Shown: positions 9,314 to 18,914, counted from the first letter of the stretch. The stretch: 44,092 nt of DNA from Halieaceae bacterium (GCA_002683395.1 NYTG01000087.1:1-44092); one strand, 5' to 3'. Program-made: numbers and translations. Notes: a model not told the origin generated them from the sequence alone.

Positions 9314-9906
9314 TGGATGCGGGCACCGAAATATCGTTATATCTCATCAGAAATCTCGGCGCCCTGCTGCTGCTGGTGATTGTTATGCGGGGCATCCTCC
9401 ACGCTTCGCGGGTGAACTTTTATAACCCTTTTTCACAAATGATCGTGCGCCTCACCAACCCGTTGCTGACGCCATTACATGGTATTTTGCCGGCCAAGGG
9501 CCGAATAGATTGGGCGGTCATTGTGCTGGCTGTGTTGCTGCAATCGCTTATTTTGGCGGGCATCGCCTTGGTCGCGGGCGAGCGTTGGGCGCTGCCCGGC
9601 ATCGCAACGCTGGCGGCTTGGGGTGCCATTGGTGTTGTGGCGCTATTGGTCAATCTCTACTTTTTTATTTTGATCGCCATGATTATTGTCAGCTGGGTGG
9701 CGCCGGGAAGCCGTCACCCCGCTATCGAGCTGATCTGGCAGATCGCCGAACCGATTATGGCGCCTTGTCGCGCACTGCTCCCCAATATGGGCGGCATCGA
9801 TTTTTCTCCGATACTGGTGTTTATCGGCATCAATGTGGTGCAGATCGGCTTGCGACATTTGGCGCTCACCCTTGGCCTGCCCCCGGGCCTAGTGTTCGGG
9901 CTCTGA
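9313..9906 (+). CDS. yggT: YggT family membrane protein
   Basis: Two YGGT repeats (NFYNPFSQ..VRLTNP; GGIDFSPIL); TAATG coupling to the proC stop. Confidence 0.93.
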   Translation: MDAGTEISLYLIRNLGALLLLVIVMRGILHASRVNFYNPFSQMIVRLTNPLLTPLHGILPAKGRIDWAVIVLAVLLQSLILAGIALVAGERWALPGIATLAAWGAIGVVALLVNLYFFILIAMIIVSWVAPGSRHPAIELIWQIAEPIMAPCRALLPNMGGIDFSPILVFIGINVVQIGLRHLALTLGLPPGLVFGL

Positions 9907-9909
9907 ATA

Positions 9910-11055
9910 ATGACCGACACCTTTCCCGCAGACAGTGTTGGCCTAGTCACACCACAGGTTGCGCACTTTGACGACCCGTTTACCTTCGTCAATGGTGCTG
10001 TGCTCCAGAGCCATCAGCTGGTCTACGAGACCTATGGTGAATTAAACAGCGCGGGTGATAACGCCGTGCTCATTTGCCATGCCTTATCGGGCTCGCACCA
10101 TGCGGCGGGTTTTCACTCTGCCGATGAGCGGCGTCCGGGGTGGTGGGACCTGGCAATCGGCCCGGGAAAACCCATCGATACCGCGCGTTTATTCGTCGTT
10201 TGCTCAAACAACCTCGGTTGTTGTGACGGTTCCTCAGGACCCAATACCATCAACCCCAACACGAGAGAGGCCTGGGGTGGCCAGTTTCCTCAGCCTCAGG
10301 TTCAGGATTGGGTGCGCAGTCAAAAACGGCTCGCCGAACACCTCGGTATAACAAAATGGGCAGCCGTTATTGGCGGCAGTCTGGGTGGCATGCAGGCTCT
10401 CCAGTGGACCATCGACTTTCCCGATTGGGTCGGACATTGCGTCGCACTGGCCGCGGCACCGGGCCTTACCGCTCAGAACATCGCCTTCAATGAAATTGCC
10501 CGCCATGCAATTCTGTCCGACCCGGACTGGCGCGAGGGCGCCTATCTGTCAGAGGGTACCTTGCCTGCCCGCGGCGTCGCGCTCGCGAGGATGGTGGGGC
10601 ACCTGACCTACATGTCAGCTGACGGAATGAGTGACCGTTTTGGCAGGGAACTGCGCGAAGGCGGGTTCTCGCCAGATGAGAATGCCGAGTGGGTGTTTCA
10701 GGTAGAGAGCTATTTGCGACACCAGGGAAGTCGTTTTTCCACGCAGTTTGATGCCAACACCTACGTGCTGATGACCCGCGCGCTAGATCTTTTTGACCTG
10801 ACCGGGAGTCAAGACGGCGGCCTGGCGGCGGTGCTCTCGCGTGCACAGGCTGAGTTTCTAGTGGCCTCGTTCAGCTCCGACTGGCGCTTCCCGCCGCAGC
10901 GGTCTATCGAGATCCGTGATGCACTGATGGCAGCCGGTAAACCGGTGACCTACGCCAATATCGAGACCGACAATGGGCATGATGGCTTTCTGCTGCCCAA
11001 CCCCAGCTACGAGCAGCTGCTGAAGGAATGGATGCGCAGGGTGGGCCCCTCATGA
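9910..11055 (+). CDS. metX: Homoserine O-acyltransferase (MetX family; acetyl vs succinyl donor not determined)
   Basis: YETYG..N..LICHALSG, GWW..IGPGK, GGSLGGMQA, FDANTY and GHDGFL motifs. Confidence 0.95.
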   Translation: MTDTFPADSVGLVTPQVAHFDDPFTFVNGAVLQSHQLVYETYGELNSAGDNAVLICHALSGSHHAAGFHSADERRPGWWDLAIGPGKPIDTARLFVVCSNNLGCCDGSSGPNTINPNTREAWGGQFPQPQVQDWVRSQKRLAEHLGITKWAAVIGGSLGGMQALQWTIDFPDWVGHCVALAAAPGLTAQNIAFNEIARHAILSDPDWREGAYLSEGTLPARGVALARMVGHLTYMSADGMSDRFGRELREGGFSPDENAEWVFQVESYLRHQGSRFSTQFDANTYVLMTRALDLFDLTGSQDGGLAAVLSRAQAEFLVASFSSDWRFPPQRSIEIRDALMAAGKPVTYANIETDNGHDGFLLPNPSYEQLLKEWMRRVGPS

Positions 11056-11651
11056 ATCGACTCGATCTTAAGACCGTACTCGATTGGGTGCCCAAAAACA
11101 GCCGCGTGCTAGACCTGGGCTGCGGCGATGGCGCCTTTCTCGCTCGCCTGCGCGATGAGCGAAATGCGATAGGTGTCGGTGTGGATATCGATCCCGCCAA
11201 TCTCATTGCCGCAGTGAGTAAAGGTCTCGATGTAATTCAGGAAGACATCAATGACGGCCTGTATTGCTTTACAACCAACCGGTTTGATGTCGTCGTGCTG
11301 GCACACGCCCTGCAGGAGCTGACGCATCCGCATATTGCGCTTGAACGTATGGTCGATATTGGTGACGAAGCCATTGTGTCATTTCCTAATTTTGGGCACT
11401 GGTTATGTCGCGCTCACCTGGGCTTCAAAGGCCGTATGCCCATGTCACGAGCAATGCCGCGTCACTGGTACAACACGCCTAACATTCACTTTTGTACGGT
11501 CAAGGATTTCGAGTCGCTGTGTTCAGATTTAAAGATCGACATCATCGAGCGGGCGACCATTGCTGGCGCCGCCCAGGGTCTTCTGGGAAAGTGGTTTCCC
11601 AACCTGTTCGCCACCAGCGCTATCTACCGTATTCGCCGCGCTGGCGGCTGA
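11052..11651 (+). CDS. metW: Methionine biosynthesis protein MetW
   Basis: VLDLGCGDG, SFPNFGHW and WYNTPNIHFCT motifs; ATGA overlap with metX. Confidence 0.95.
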   Translation: MNRLDLKTVLDWVPKNSRVLDLGCGDGAFLARLRDERNAIGVGVDIDPANLIAAVSKGLDVIQEDINDGLYCFTTNRFDVVVLAHALQELTHPHIALERMVDIGDEAIVSFPNFGHWLCRAHLGFKGRMPMSRAMPRHWYNTPNIHFCTVKDFESLCSDLKIDIIERATIAGAAQGLLGKWFPNLFATSAIYRIRRAGG

Positions 11652-12070
11652 TTGTTGCACTGCTGATCGGATGCCTCGCGCTCCCTGTCATCGCCCAGCA
11701 GTCAACGCGCTACGACCAGTTCGAGCTGCACCACAGTATCGTTTACACCACTTTCCTGTCTCCCGAGGTGGCCGCTGAATACGGCATCGCGCGAGGTGCC
11801 GACAAAGCGATTCTCACACTGTCAGTGCGAGACGCAGATTCCGGGGAGATCGCCGGGCGCCCCATGTCGATCGAAGGGCAGACCTGGGATCTGATCACGG
11901 GCGGGGCAATGCGGGTTAAGGAGATTCGAGAGGGTCGCGCCACCTATTACATCGTGCCCTTCGAGTTTTTGGATCGCGAATACCGTTTTTTTGAATTCAC
12001 CTTTCAGCCGGAGGGCGCGGAGAAGCCGTTTGAACATAAAATGAAAGTACAGCTCTGGCGACAAGGTTAG
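11591..12070 (+). CDS. DUF4426-family exported protein (YggI-like); start uncertain
   Basis: Signal-like hydrophobic stretch, then HHSIVYTTFLSPEVAAEYGIAR and EIREGRATYYI. Conserved position between metW and rdgB. Nearest in-frame canonical start is GTG 11591. Confidence 0.8.
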   Translation: MVSQPVRHQRYLPYSPRWRLIVALLIGCLALPVIAQQSTRYDQFELHHSIVYTTFLSPEVAAEYGIARGADKAILTLSVRDADSGEIAGRPMSIEGQTWDLITGGAMRVKEIREGRATYYIVPFEFLDREYRFFEFTFQPEGAEKPFEHKMKVQLWRQG

Positions 12071-12073
12071 TCG

Positions 12074-12670
12074 ATGGCAGAAAACAGTCTTCCCCAGTTG
12101 GTCCTTGCCAGTCATAACAAGGGGAAAATTCGGGAGTTTCGAGCCGTCCTGGGTCACCAATGGCACATTTGCCCACAGGAGGAGTGGGGGATCACTGAGG
12201 TACCCGAGACAGGCAGTACGTTTGTCGAAAACGCACTCATCAAAGCGCGCCACGCGAGTGAGCAAGCCGGTTGTGCAGCACTGGCAGACGATTCCGGATT
12301 GGTCGTGCCCGCTCTGGGCGGTGACCCGGGACTGCGCTCAGCGCGCTATTCTGGTGAGGGTGACGAGGCCAATAACGCACTGCTTCTTGAGAATATGGCG
12401 GCGCTAGAAGGCGCTGACCGCCGCGCATTTTACATAGCCGTTGTGGTGTTCCTGCAACACGACAGGGACCCGACTCCGCTTATCGCCGAAGGGCGATGGC
12501 ACGGCCACATCGCCCATACACCGCGAGGCTCGGATGGTTTTGGCTACGACCCTCTTTTCATACCGGCCGGTGGTAGCCAGCATGCAGCCGAGCTGCGGCC
12601 CGAGGACAAAAATCGGGTAAGCCACCGCGCTATCGCTGTCACACGTTTGCTGGATCAGCTAGGGGAATGA
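12074..12670 (+). CDS. rdgB: dITP/XTP pyrophosphatase
   Basis: LASHNKGK, ETGSTFVENALIKA, ADDSGL, GFGYDPLF and KNRVSHR motifs. Confidence 0.97.
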   Translation: MAENSLPQLVLASHNKGKIREFRAVLGHQWHICPQEEWGITEVPETGSTFVENALIKARHASEQAGCAALADDSGLVVPALGGDPGLRSARYSGEGDEANNALLLENMAALEGADRRAFYIAVVVFLQHDRDPTPLIAEGRWHGHIAHTPRGSDGFGYDPLFIPAGGSQHAAELRPEDKNRVSHRAIAVTRLLDQLGE

Positions 12671-13821
12671 TCGACCCCGGGAACGTCCCCTTATCGCTTT
12701 ACGTTCACCTGCCTTGGTGCACTCGCAAATGCCCCTACTGCGACTTCAATAGCCATGAAGGCTTCTCGCCGACCTTGCAGCAACCCTATATCGAGGCACT
12801 GCTGAGCGATCTCGACAGCCAGCGGCACTGGCTGGCTGGCCGAGCAGTTGACTCCATTTTCATTGGGGGCGGCACGCCAAGCCTGTTCGAAAGCCGGTGG
12901 ATAGCAGAACTGCTCGAGGGGATCGCTCAACGAGTATTCCTGCCAAATGATATCGAGATCACCCTGGAGAGTAATCCGGGGAGTGCCGAGAGCTCGCGCT
13001 TCAAAGACTATCGATTGGCGGGGGTCAATCGGCTCAGCATCGGCGTACAGAGCTTCGATGATAAGGCGCTGAAGACCCTGGGACGGGTTCACTCTGGTGA
13101 CGAGGCGCGTCATGCCTTGGATCTGGTCGCCGCTGTCGGCTTCCATCGCTGGAATATCGACTTAATGCATGGGCTCCCGGGGCAAAATGCAGCGCTCGCC
13201 GAAGCTGACCTCACTGAAGCGATTGACCGCAGTGCCGGACATATTTCCTGGTATCAGCTCACTATCGAGCGCAATACCCACTTCTGGTCCAGGCCACCCA
13301 TGCTCCCCGAAGAGAGCACGCTCGAGGCGATTCAGCTTCAGGGAGAAGCGTGCCTCAATGAGGCTCATCTATTGCAGTATGAAGTGTCTGCTTTCAGCCG
13401 GCCGGGTGAGGAGAGCCGACACAACCTAAACTATTGGGAGTTCGGTGATTACCTCGGTTTGGGCGCCGGCGCTCACGGTAAAGTTTCGCTCCATGACGGC
13501 GCCATTGTTCGCAGCCAACGAACTCGGGCGCCATTGGATTATCTGAAGGAAGCCAACTCGCCCTCCATGCCGCCGCCACAGCGTGTCCCGCTGGCACCAG
13601 AAGAAAAGACGGTGGAATTTGCAATGAATGCGCTGCGCTTAAAATCAGGGGTGCCCATACATCGCTTCGCTGAACATACAGGCCTACCGGCTGAACAACT
13701 GGCCGCAGCGGCTACCACCGCACTCTCGCGCGGGTGGATTGAGGAGTTCAGCAACGGGTGGTTCAGGACCACACCGCTGGGCTACCGTTTTTTAGACAGC
13801 GTGATCGCGACTTTTCTCTAA
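12667..13821 (+). CDS. hemW: Radical SAM heme chaperone HemW (HemN-like)
   Basis: YVHLPWCTRKCPYCDF (CxxxCxxC), GGGTPS, HNLNYW and GLGAGAHG motifs; follows rdgB. Confidence 0.93.
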   Translation: MIDPGNVPLSLYVHLPWCTRKCPYCDFNSHEGFSPTLQQPYIEALLSDLDSQRHWLAGRAVDSIFIGGGTPSLFESRWIAELLEGIAQRVFLPNDIEITLESNPGSAESSRFKDYRLAGVNRLSIGVQSFDDKALKTLGRVHSGDEARHALDLVAAVGFHRWNIDLMHGLPGQNAALAEADLTEAIDRSAGHISWYQLTIERNTHFWSRPPMLPEESTLEAIQLQGEACLNEAHLLQYEVSAFSRPGEESRHNLNYWEFGDYLGLGAGAHGKVSLHDGAIVRSQRTRAPLDYLKEANSPSMPPPQRVPLAPEEKTVEFAMNALRLKSGVPIHRFAEHTGLPAEQLAAAATTALSRGWIEEFSNGWFRTTPLGYRFLDSVIATFL

Positions 13822-14513
13822 GCCCGGCGATAAATCAAATCCTGTACCACGTGCCCCAGCCTCTCGCCCCGGGCTTCAAATTTCGTGAGCGGTCGGTAAT
13901 CGGGGCGCGGGACTCCAGCACCGGGGCCACCCCCTGCGCTGGTCAAAAGCGGCTCAGCGTCGAGCACGTCGAACATGTGCTCGGCATAAGGCACCCAGTC
14001 GGTGGCAAGATGCAGATATCCATCCGCTTTCAACAGTGCCGCCAGTTCACGGACCAGTTTCGGCTGAATCAACCGGCGCTTGTGATGCCGCTTTTTGTGC
14101 CAGGGATCGGGAAAAAAGATATGGATCGCATCGACGGAGTCAGGCGCGAGACAGTGTTCCATCACCTCAACGGCGTCGTCGGCATAAACACGGAGATTGT
14201 CGATGTCGGCCCCCAGCAACTGGGACAACAGTCGCCCGACACCGGGGCGATGCACTTCAATGCCCACAAACTGTGCGGCGGGGTCTGCGTCGGCCATCTG
14301 CAACAGACTGTCGCCCATACCAAAGCCCACTTCGACGATGCGGCGCCCGGCGAAACCAAAGGTCGCATCCCAATCCAGTAGGCCGCTCTGGAGGTTAAGG
14401 CCAAACCGCGGAAAACCCTCCTGCCAGCCACGCGTTTGTGCCGGCGTCATTCGTCCGGCACGCATCACGAAGCTGCGTATTCGATTTGTGAGCGGGCGCT
14501 CGGAGGATCCCAC
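13818..14513 (-). CDS. trmB: tRNA (guanine-N7)-methyltransferase
   Basis: RSFVMRAGR, EVGFGMG, FFPDPWHKKRHHKRR, ATDW and TKFEARG motifs. Confidence 0.96.
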   Translation of the reverse strand: MGSSERPLTNRIRSFVMRAGRMTPAQTRGWQEGFPRFGLNLQSGLLDWDATFGFAGRRIVEVGFGMGDSLLQMADADPAAQFVGIEVHRPGVGRLLSQLLGADIDNLRVYADDAVEVMEHCLAPDSVDAIHIFFPDPWHKKRHHKRRLIQPKLVRELAALLKADGYLHLATDWVPYAEHMFDVLDAEPLLTSAGGGPGAGVPRPDYRPLTKFEARGERLGHVVQDLIYRRA

Positions 14514-14553
14514 GGGAAAAGTCTAAAAGAGCTGGTGGCGCTTTAAACGCTGT

Positions 14554-15429
14554 TTACGCCGCCATGGCGGTGCGTAACTTTTTCATCGCATTGGCTTCTA
14601 ACTGCCGGATGCGCTCCACCGATACCTGGTACTCGGCCGCCAACTCGTGGAGCGTGCATTTATCGTCAACCAGCCAACGACGCTCGAGAATATCTCGGCT
14701 GCGATCGTCGAGGTCCGTCAATGCGAGCCGCAGTTTAGCTGCGCTGTCCTGAGCAAAGTCCTCGGCTTCAACGAGCTGGCTGGGATCCACCTGCCCGTCG
14801 GTCAAAAAGTACTGGGGCGCCTGCCAGCCCTCTTCGTCATCACTGTCGGTCGGCGCGTCGAAGGCGACATCGCGGCTGGCCAAGCGGCCCTCCATTCTGG
14901 TGACTTCAGCCTCATCAACACCCAAATCAGCCGCAATGGCTCGGGTTTCTTCCGCAGACAACCAACCAAGGGCTTTTTTCTGACTCCGCAGATTAAAAAA
15001 CAACTTTCGCTGGGCCTTGGTCGTGGCGACTTTGACAATCCGCCAGTTGCGAAGAATGTACTCGTGCATCTCCGCTTTTATCCAGTGCACAGCAAACGAC
15101 ACCAACCGTACACCCTTATTGGGATCGAACCGTTTTACCGCTTTCATCAAGCCGACGTTGCCTTCCTGAATCAAGTCAGCCTCTGCCAATCCGTAACCCG
15201 AGTAACTGCGAGCAATGTGCACAACAAACCGAAGGTGTGCCAGCACCAGCTCTCGAGCCGAATCGACGCACTCCTCATAGAATAAGCGCTCTGCAAGCTC
15301 ACTCTCACGCTCAGCGGACAACAGGGCAATGCTGCTGACGGCCTGGATATACGCGGGCAAATTGGCGCCGGGCGCCATATTGAGCACTGCGCTATTGGGC
15401 AAAGCGAGTGCGCGCGGTGTCTCTGTCAT
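14554..15429 (-). CDS. rpoH: RNA polymerase heat-shock sigma factor sigma32
   Basis: RpoH box QRKLFFNLR, DLIQEGNVGLMKAV, ERIRQLE. ATG 15429 is preceded by GGAGG. Lies downstream of ftsYEX. Confidence 0.97.
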   Translation of the reverse strand: MTETPRALALPNSAVLNMAPGANLPAYIQAVSSIALLSAERESELAERLFYEECVDSARELVLAHLRFVVHIARSYSGYGLAEADLIQEGNVGLMKAVKRFDPNKGVRLVSFAVHWIKAEMHEYILRNWRIVKVATTKAQRKLFFNLRSQKKALGWLSAEETRAIAADLGVDEAEVTRMEGRLASRDVAFDAPTDSDDEEGWQAPQYFLTDGQVDPSQLVEAEDFAQDSAAKLRLALTDLDDRSRDILERRWLVDDKCTLHELAAEYQVSVERIRQLEANAMKKLRTAMAA

Positions 15430-15464
15430 GTTAATCGCCTCCAAAAGGCTGATAGCCCCATATT

Positions 15465-15491
15465 TTAGCACTCTCCCCCCTAGAGTGCTAA
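15465..15491. promoter_or_regulatory. CIRCE element (HrcA operator) overlapping the predicted rpoH sigma70 promoter
   Basis: Exact consensus TTAGCACTC-N9(TCCCCCCTA)-GAGTGCTAA. On the minus strand it overlaps TAGCAC-17nt-TAAAAT with an extended TG. Confidence 0.93.
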
Positions 15492-15519
15492 ACCTTGAAA
15501 AATACCGGTTTTCAGTGGG

Positions 15520-16473
15520 TTAGCGAGTTTCGAGTTGCCTAAAGTAGTGCTCAGCCGCCGCCCAGGAGACCAACCACCCGATAATGGCACCCAACAAAAT
15601 AAGCGCCAATGGATACACTAAGCCCGGACCCTGAAGCTGCCCGGGACTGTCGTACAACAGGAACAGGGCGTTGACCGGACCTGTGAGCCAGAGGCTCAAA
15701 GCCCAAAGCATGAGCGCTGCTAACACCCCGCCGCCGACACCAAAATACAGCCCGGTATACAAAAAAGGTCTACGCACGAAGGCAGGGGAACCGCCGATCA
15801 CGCGCACCACGAGGATTTCCTCCCTGCGGGCATCGATGGCCAGATGGAGAGTATTGGCCAGCGCCAGAATGGCGCCCAGTATCATGGCGCCGCCCAGCGC
15901 GAGTACCCAGCGTTCACCCGCCACCAGCGTCTCTTCAAGGCGCGACATCCAGCGAGTGTCTGCGACCACTCGAGTAACGTTAGGTAATGACTCAAGCTCT
16001 CCGATCAAGTGATTCAGCGCTGAGTCGTGGGCCGGCAACCTAGGCAGCACACGCAACGTATGGGGCAGGGGGTTTCGATCGAGCGAAGCTAATAGCGTCG
16101 CCAAGCCGGTCTGCTCACCAAACTCCGACAGCGCTTGTTCACGACTCACCAACCGTACCGCATCGATCTGCGACCAATTCTCAATCTGACCCTGCACCGC
16201 CTCGGCACTCGCACGATCCGCTTCTCTGTCCAGCATGACGGACAGCTGAGCTGAGCGCGCCAGATCGGGAACGATAGGGCGTAGGTTTGCAACGGTCAGC
16301 AATAGCGCACTGGGGAGTGCCAGTGAGATCGCGACCACTAGCCAAACTAACCCCGTCGCAACGGGCCGGTGCAGCAGTTTTCGCCAACTGTCGTTAGCAG
16401 CGATCCGGTGTTGTGCTCGCCACACGGCTGACCGGGTCCACCGCTCTGCCGGTTGGCCTGTTGGTGAATTCAT
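15520..16473 (-). CDS. ftsX: Cell division permease FtsX
   Basis: Four-TM ABC permease layout; NPLP, RREEI..IGGS..FVRRPFLYTG motifs. Confidence 0.93.
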   Translation of the reverse strand: MNSPTGQPAERWTRSAVWRAQHRIAANDSWRKLLHRPVATGLVWLVVAISLALPSALLLTVANLRPIVPDLARSAQLSVMLDREADRASAEAVQGQIENWSQIDAVRLVSREQALSEFGEQTGLATLLASLDRNPLPHTLRVLPRLPAHDSALNHLIGELESLPNVTRVVADTRWMSRLEETLVAGERWVLALGGAMILGAILALANTLHLAIDARREEILVVRVIGGSPAFVRRPFLYTGLYFGVGGGVLAALMLWALSLWLTGPVNALFLLYDSPGQLQGPGLVYPLALILLGAIIGWLVSWAAAEHYFRQLETR

Positions 16474-17132
16474 GGAGTCTCAGCGCTCGCGAGACGCCCC
16501 GAGCTGAGCGTAACGATCCGGTGCCGAAACTGCGATATCAGCGACAGGTCATGGGTGGCTACGAGCACCGTGACGCCCACCTGATTAAAAGCCTCAAACA
16601 AGGCCATAATTTCTGAAGACAGCTGAGGATCGAGATTGCCGGTAGGCTCGTCGGCAATCAGAAACTCGGGTCTTGCGACAACAGCTCTCGCAATACCAAC
16701 ACGCTGCTGCTCCCCCCCCGATAAAGTGGCAGGATTCACGGACTCTTGAGCCAACAGCCCCACTTTATCGAGCGCCGCCCGAACCCGTCGAGCGCTCTCT
16801 CTCGGTGAGAATCCCGCGATCACCAGCGGCAATGCGACATTGTCATGGACACTGCGATCAAACAGTAATCGGTGATCCTGAAAGACCACGCCAAAACGAC
16901 GCCTGTAGCGAGGCACCCTGTGCGAACGAATCGCACTCGTCAGCTCACCCTTGACGCGGATCTCGCCGCTGCTCGGTCGATCGAGCAACAGCAAAAGTCG
17001 CAATAACGTGCTCTTGCCCGCGCCAGAGTGGCCAGTAATAAAGGCCATCTCACCCTGGTCAATCTTCAGATTGAGATGACGCAGTGCGTCGAGGTCGCCG
17101 AATCGGCGGCTGACCCGCTCAAATTCAATCAC
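16470..17132 (-). CDS. ftsE: Cell division ATP-binding protein FtsE
   Basis: GHSGAGKST, VVFQDHRLL, LSGGEQQRVGIARA and ADEPTGNLD motifs. Confidence 0.96.
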   Translation of the reverse strand: MIEFERVSRRFGDLDALRHLNLKIDQGEMAFITGHSGAGKSTLLRLLLLLDRPSSGEIRVKGELTSAIRSHRVPRYRRRFGVVFQDHRLLFDRSVHDNVALPLVIAGFSPRESARRVRAALDKVGLLAQESVNPATLSGGEQQRVGIARAVVARPEFLIADEPTGNLDPQLSSEIMALFEAFNQVGVTVLVATHDLSLISQFRHRIVTLSSGRLASAETP

Positions 17133-17144
17133 GGATGAGACCCT

Positions 17145-18245
17145 TTAATGCTCGTCCAATAGTGCATTCACAAAGTCCCGCGCGGAAAAATCCCGGAGAT
17201 CTTCGGGTTGCTCACCCACACCGATAAAGCGAATCGGCCGCTTCAGCTTGTGAGCAATGGCAAACAAAACACCGCCCCTCGCGGTGCCATCCAGCTTGGT
17301 CACCGCAACCCCCGAAACGCCAACCACCTGATCAAACTCTACGGCCTGCGACACCGCGTTCTGGCCCGTTCCGGCATCCAATACCAACAAGGTTTCATGG
17401 GGCACTGTGTCGTCTTGTTTGCGCATGACCCGAACCACCTTGCTGAGTTCATCCATGAGATGAGACTTATTCTGCAGCCGCCCTGCGGTATCCGCGATCA
17501 AGACATCCACGCTCCTCGCCCTCGCCGCTTCCAGTGCATCAAACAGCACCGATGCGCTATCCGCGCCCGAATGCTGCGCGATCACAGGCACTTCATGGCG
17601 ATCGCCCCACGCCTGCAGTTGCTCTACGGCAGCCGCACGGAAAGTATCGCCCGCTGCCAACATCACACTGCGGCCCTCCCGCTTGAACCGGTGTGCCAAC
17701 TTGCCAATGGTGGTGGTTTTACCGGCACCGTTTACACCTACAACCAGTATCACAAAGGGCTTATGCTGATCGAGGCTGAGCGCGCGCTCCTGATCTTCCA
17801 GGAGCTCAACCAGTGTCTCCTTGAGCGCCGACAGCACGGACTCCTCGGCTGCTAAGGCCTTACGATCAAGGCGTTGGCGCAGCAATTCAAGTACCCGCTC
17901 GGTAGTCTCCAGCCCCAGGTCAGCCATGATCAACTGTTCCTCGAGCGCCTCCAACAATTCGGGGTCCAGCTGCTTTTTGCCTAACACGAGGCTGGCCAAC
18001 CCCTCCGTAAACTGCCCCCGGCTGCGGCTGAGCCCGCTCCGCAAACGCCCAAAGAGCGTCGCTGAAGTCTCTGGCGGTGCTGCTTGCCCCACCGGGGCCG
18101 GCACGTCCTGACCCGCGCCCTCCGCCGTGACCTCGCCTTCCTCACCCGCCGATGTCTGCGCACTGTCGGCGGCCTGAGCGGGATCCATGCCTTTAACACC
18201 TTCAGGTTGACTGTCGGGCTTGGCGCGGCGTTTGAATAGCTTCAT
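17145..18245 (-). CDS. ftsY: Signal recognition particle receptor FtsY
   Basis: GVNGAGKTTTIGKLA, DTFRAAA, DTAGR, TKLDG and GVGE motifs; short acidic N-terminal domain. Confidence 0.97.
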   Translation of the reverse strand: MKLFKRRAKPDSQPEGVKGMDPAQAADSAQTSAGEEGEVTAEGAGQDVPAPVGQAAPPETSATLFGRLRSGLSRSRGQFTEGLASLVLGKKQLDPELLEALEEQLIMADLGLETTERVLELLRQRLDRKALAAEESVLSALKETLVELLEDQERALSLDQHKPFVILVVGVNGAGKTTTIGKLAHRFKREGRSVMLAAGDTFRAAAVEQLQAWGDRHEVPVIAQHSGADSASVLFDALEAARARSVDVLIADTAGRLQNKSHLMDELSKVVRVMRKQDDTVPHETLLVLDAGTGQNAVSQAVEFDQVVGVSGVAVTKLDGTARGGVLFAIAHKLKRPIRFIGVGEQPEDLRDFSARDFVNALLDEH

Positions 18246-18332
18246 GATCTGCTTGACTCGGTGTGGCGCGTCTGGATGTGGGCGCGCCGTTAACTAACGG
18301 GCAGTCTAGCACCCCGGAAAGCAGGAACCAGT

Positions 18333-18914
18333 ATGAGACGCGCTCCCAAAAAGGTGGCCTCGCAACTCCGAATCATTGGCGGGATGTGGCGTGGCCGCAA
18401 GCTCCGGTTTCCCGATCGGCCTGGGCTGAGGCCGACCGGCGACAGGGTGCGCGAAACACTTTTCAACTGGCTCGAACCCGAGCTCGCAGGCGCCCATTGC
18501 CTGGACCTGTTCGCAGGATCAGGGGCACTGGGAATAGAGGCGCTTTCCCGCGGTGCCGCGCGCTGTGACTTTGTCGATGCTGACCGAGAAGCACTTACCG
18601 CTGTAGAACAGCACCTCAATACGCTTGACGCCAGCGACCGCAGCACCCTGCAATGCGGCTCCGCAGCGGAGTACCTCAGCGCCGCTCAGGGTGGCTGGGA
18701 TATTGTTTTTGTGGACCCTCCCTTTGAGGCTCAACTTGGCGAGTCAACGCTACAGCAAATCGCCACCGCCGGGTGTCTCAGTAACAACAACCGGGTCTAT
18801 TACGAAACCAGCCTGTCCAATCCCGAGCCCATCCCGGAAATGCTCTATGAGGTCGTCAGGGAAAAAACCGCTGGCGACGTCCGGTATCAACTCCTGACCC
18901 TGCGGCGCGCCTGA
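18333..18914 (+). CDS. rsmD: 16S rRNA m2G966 methyltransferase
   Basis: LRIIGG..RGRKL, LRPT.DRVRETLFNWL, DLFAGSGALG and DPPF motifs. Confidence 0.96.
   Translation: MRRAPKKVASQLRIIGGMWRGRKLRFPDRPGLRPTGDRVRETLFNWLEPELAGAHCLDLFAGSGALGIEALSRGAARCDFVDADREALTAVEQHLNTLDASDRSTLQCGSAAEYLSAAQGGWDIVFVDPPFEAQLGESTLQQIATAGCLSNNNRVYYETSLSNPEPIPEMLYEVVREKTAGDVRYQLLTLRRA

Noticed and set aside
15456-15500. sigma32-like elements CCCCATAT and CTTGAAA upstream of rpoH
   Set aside because: They are on the non-coding strand and in the wrong order (-10 before -35), so they do not form an autoregulatory promoter.
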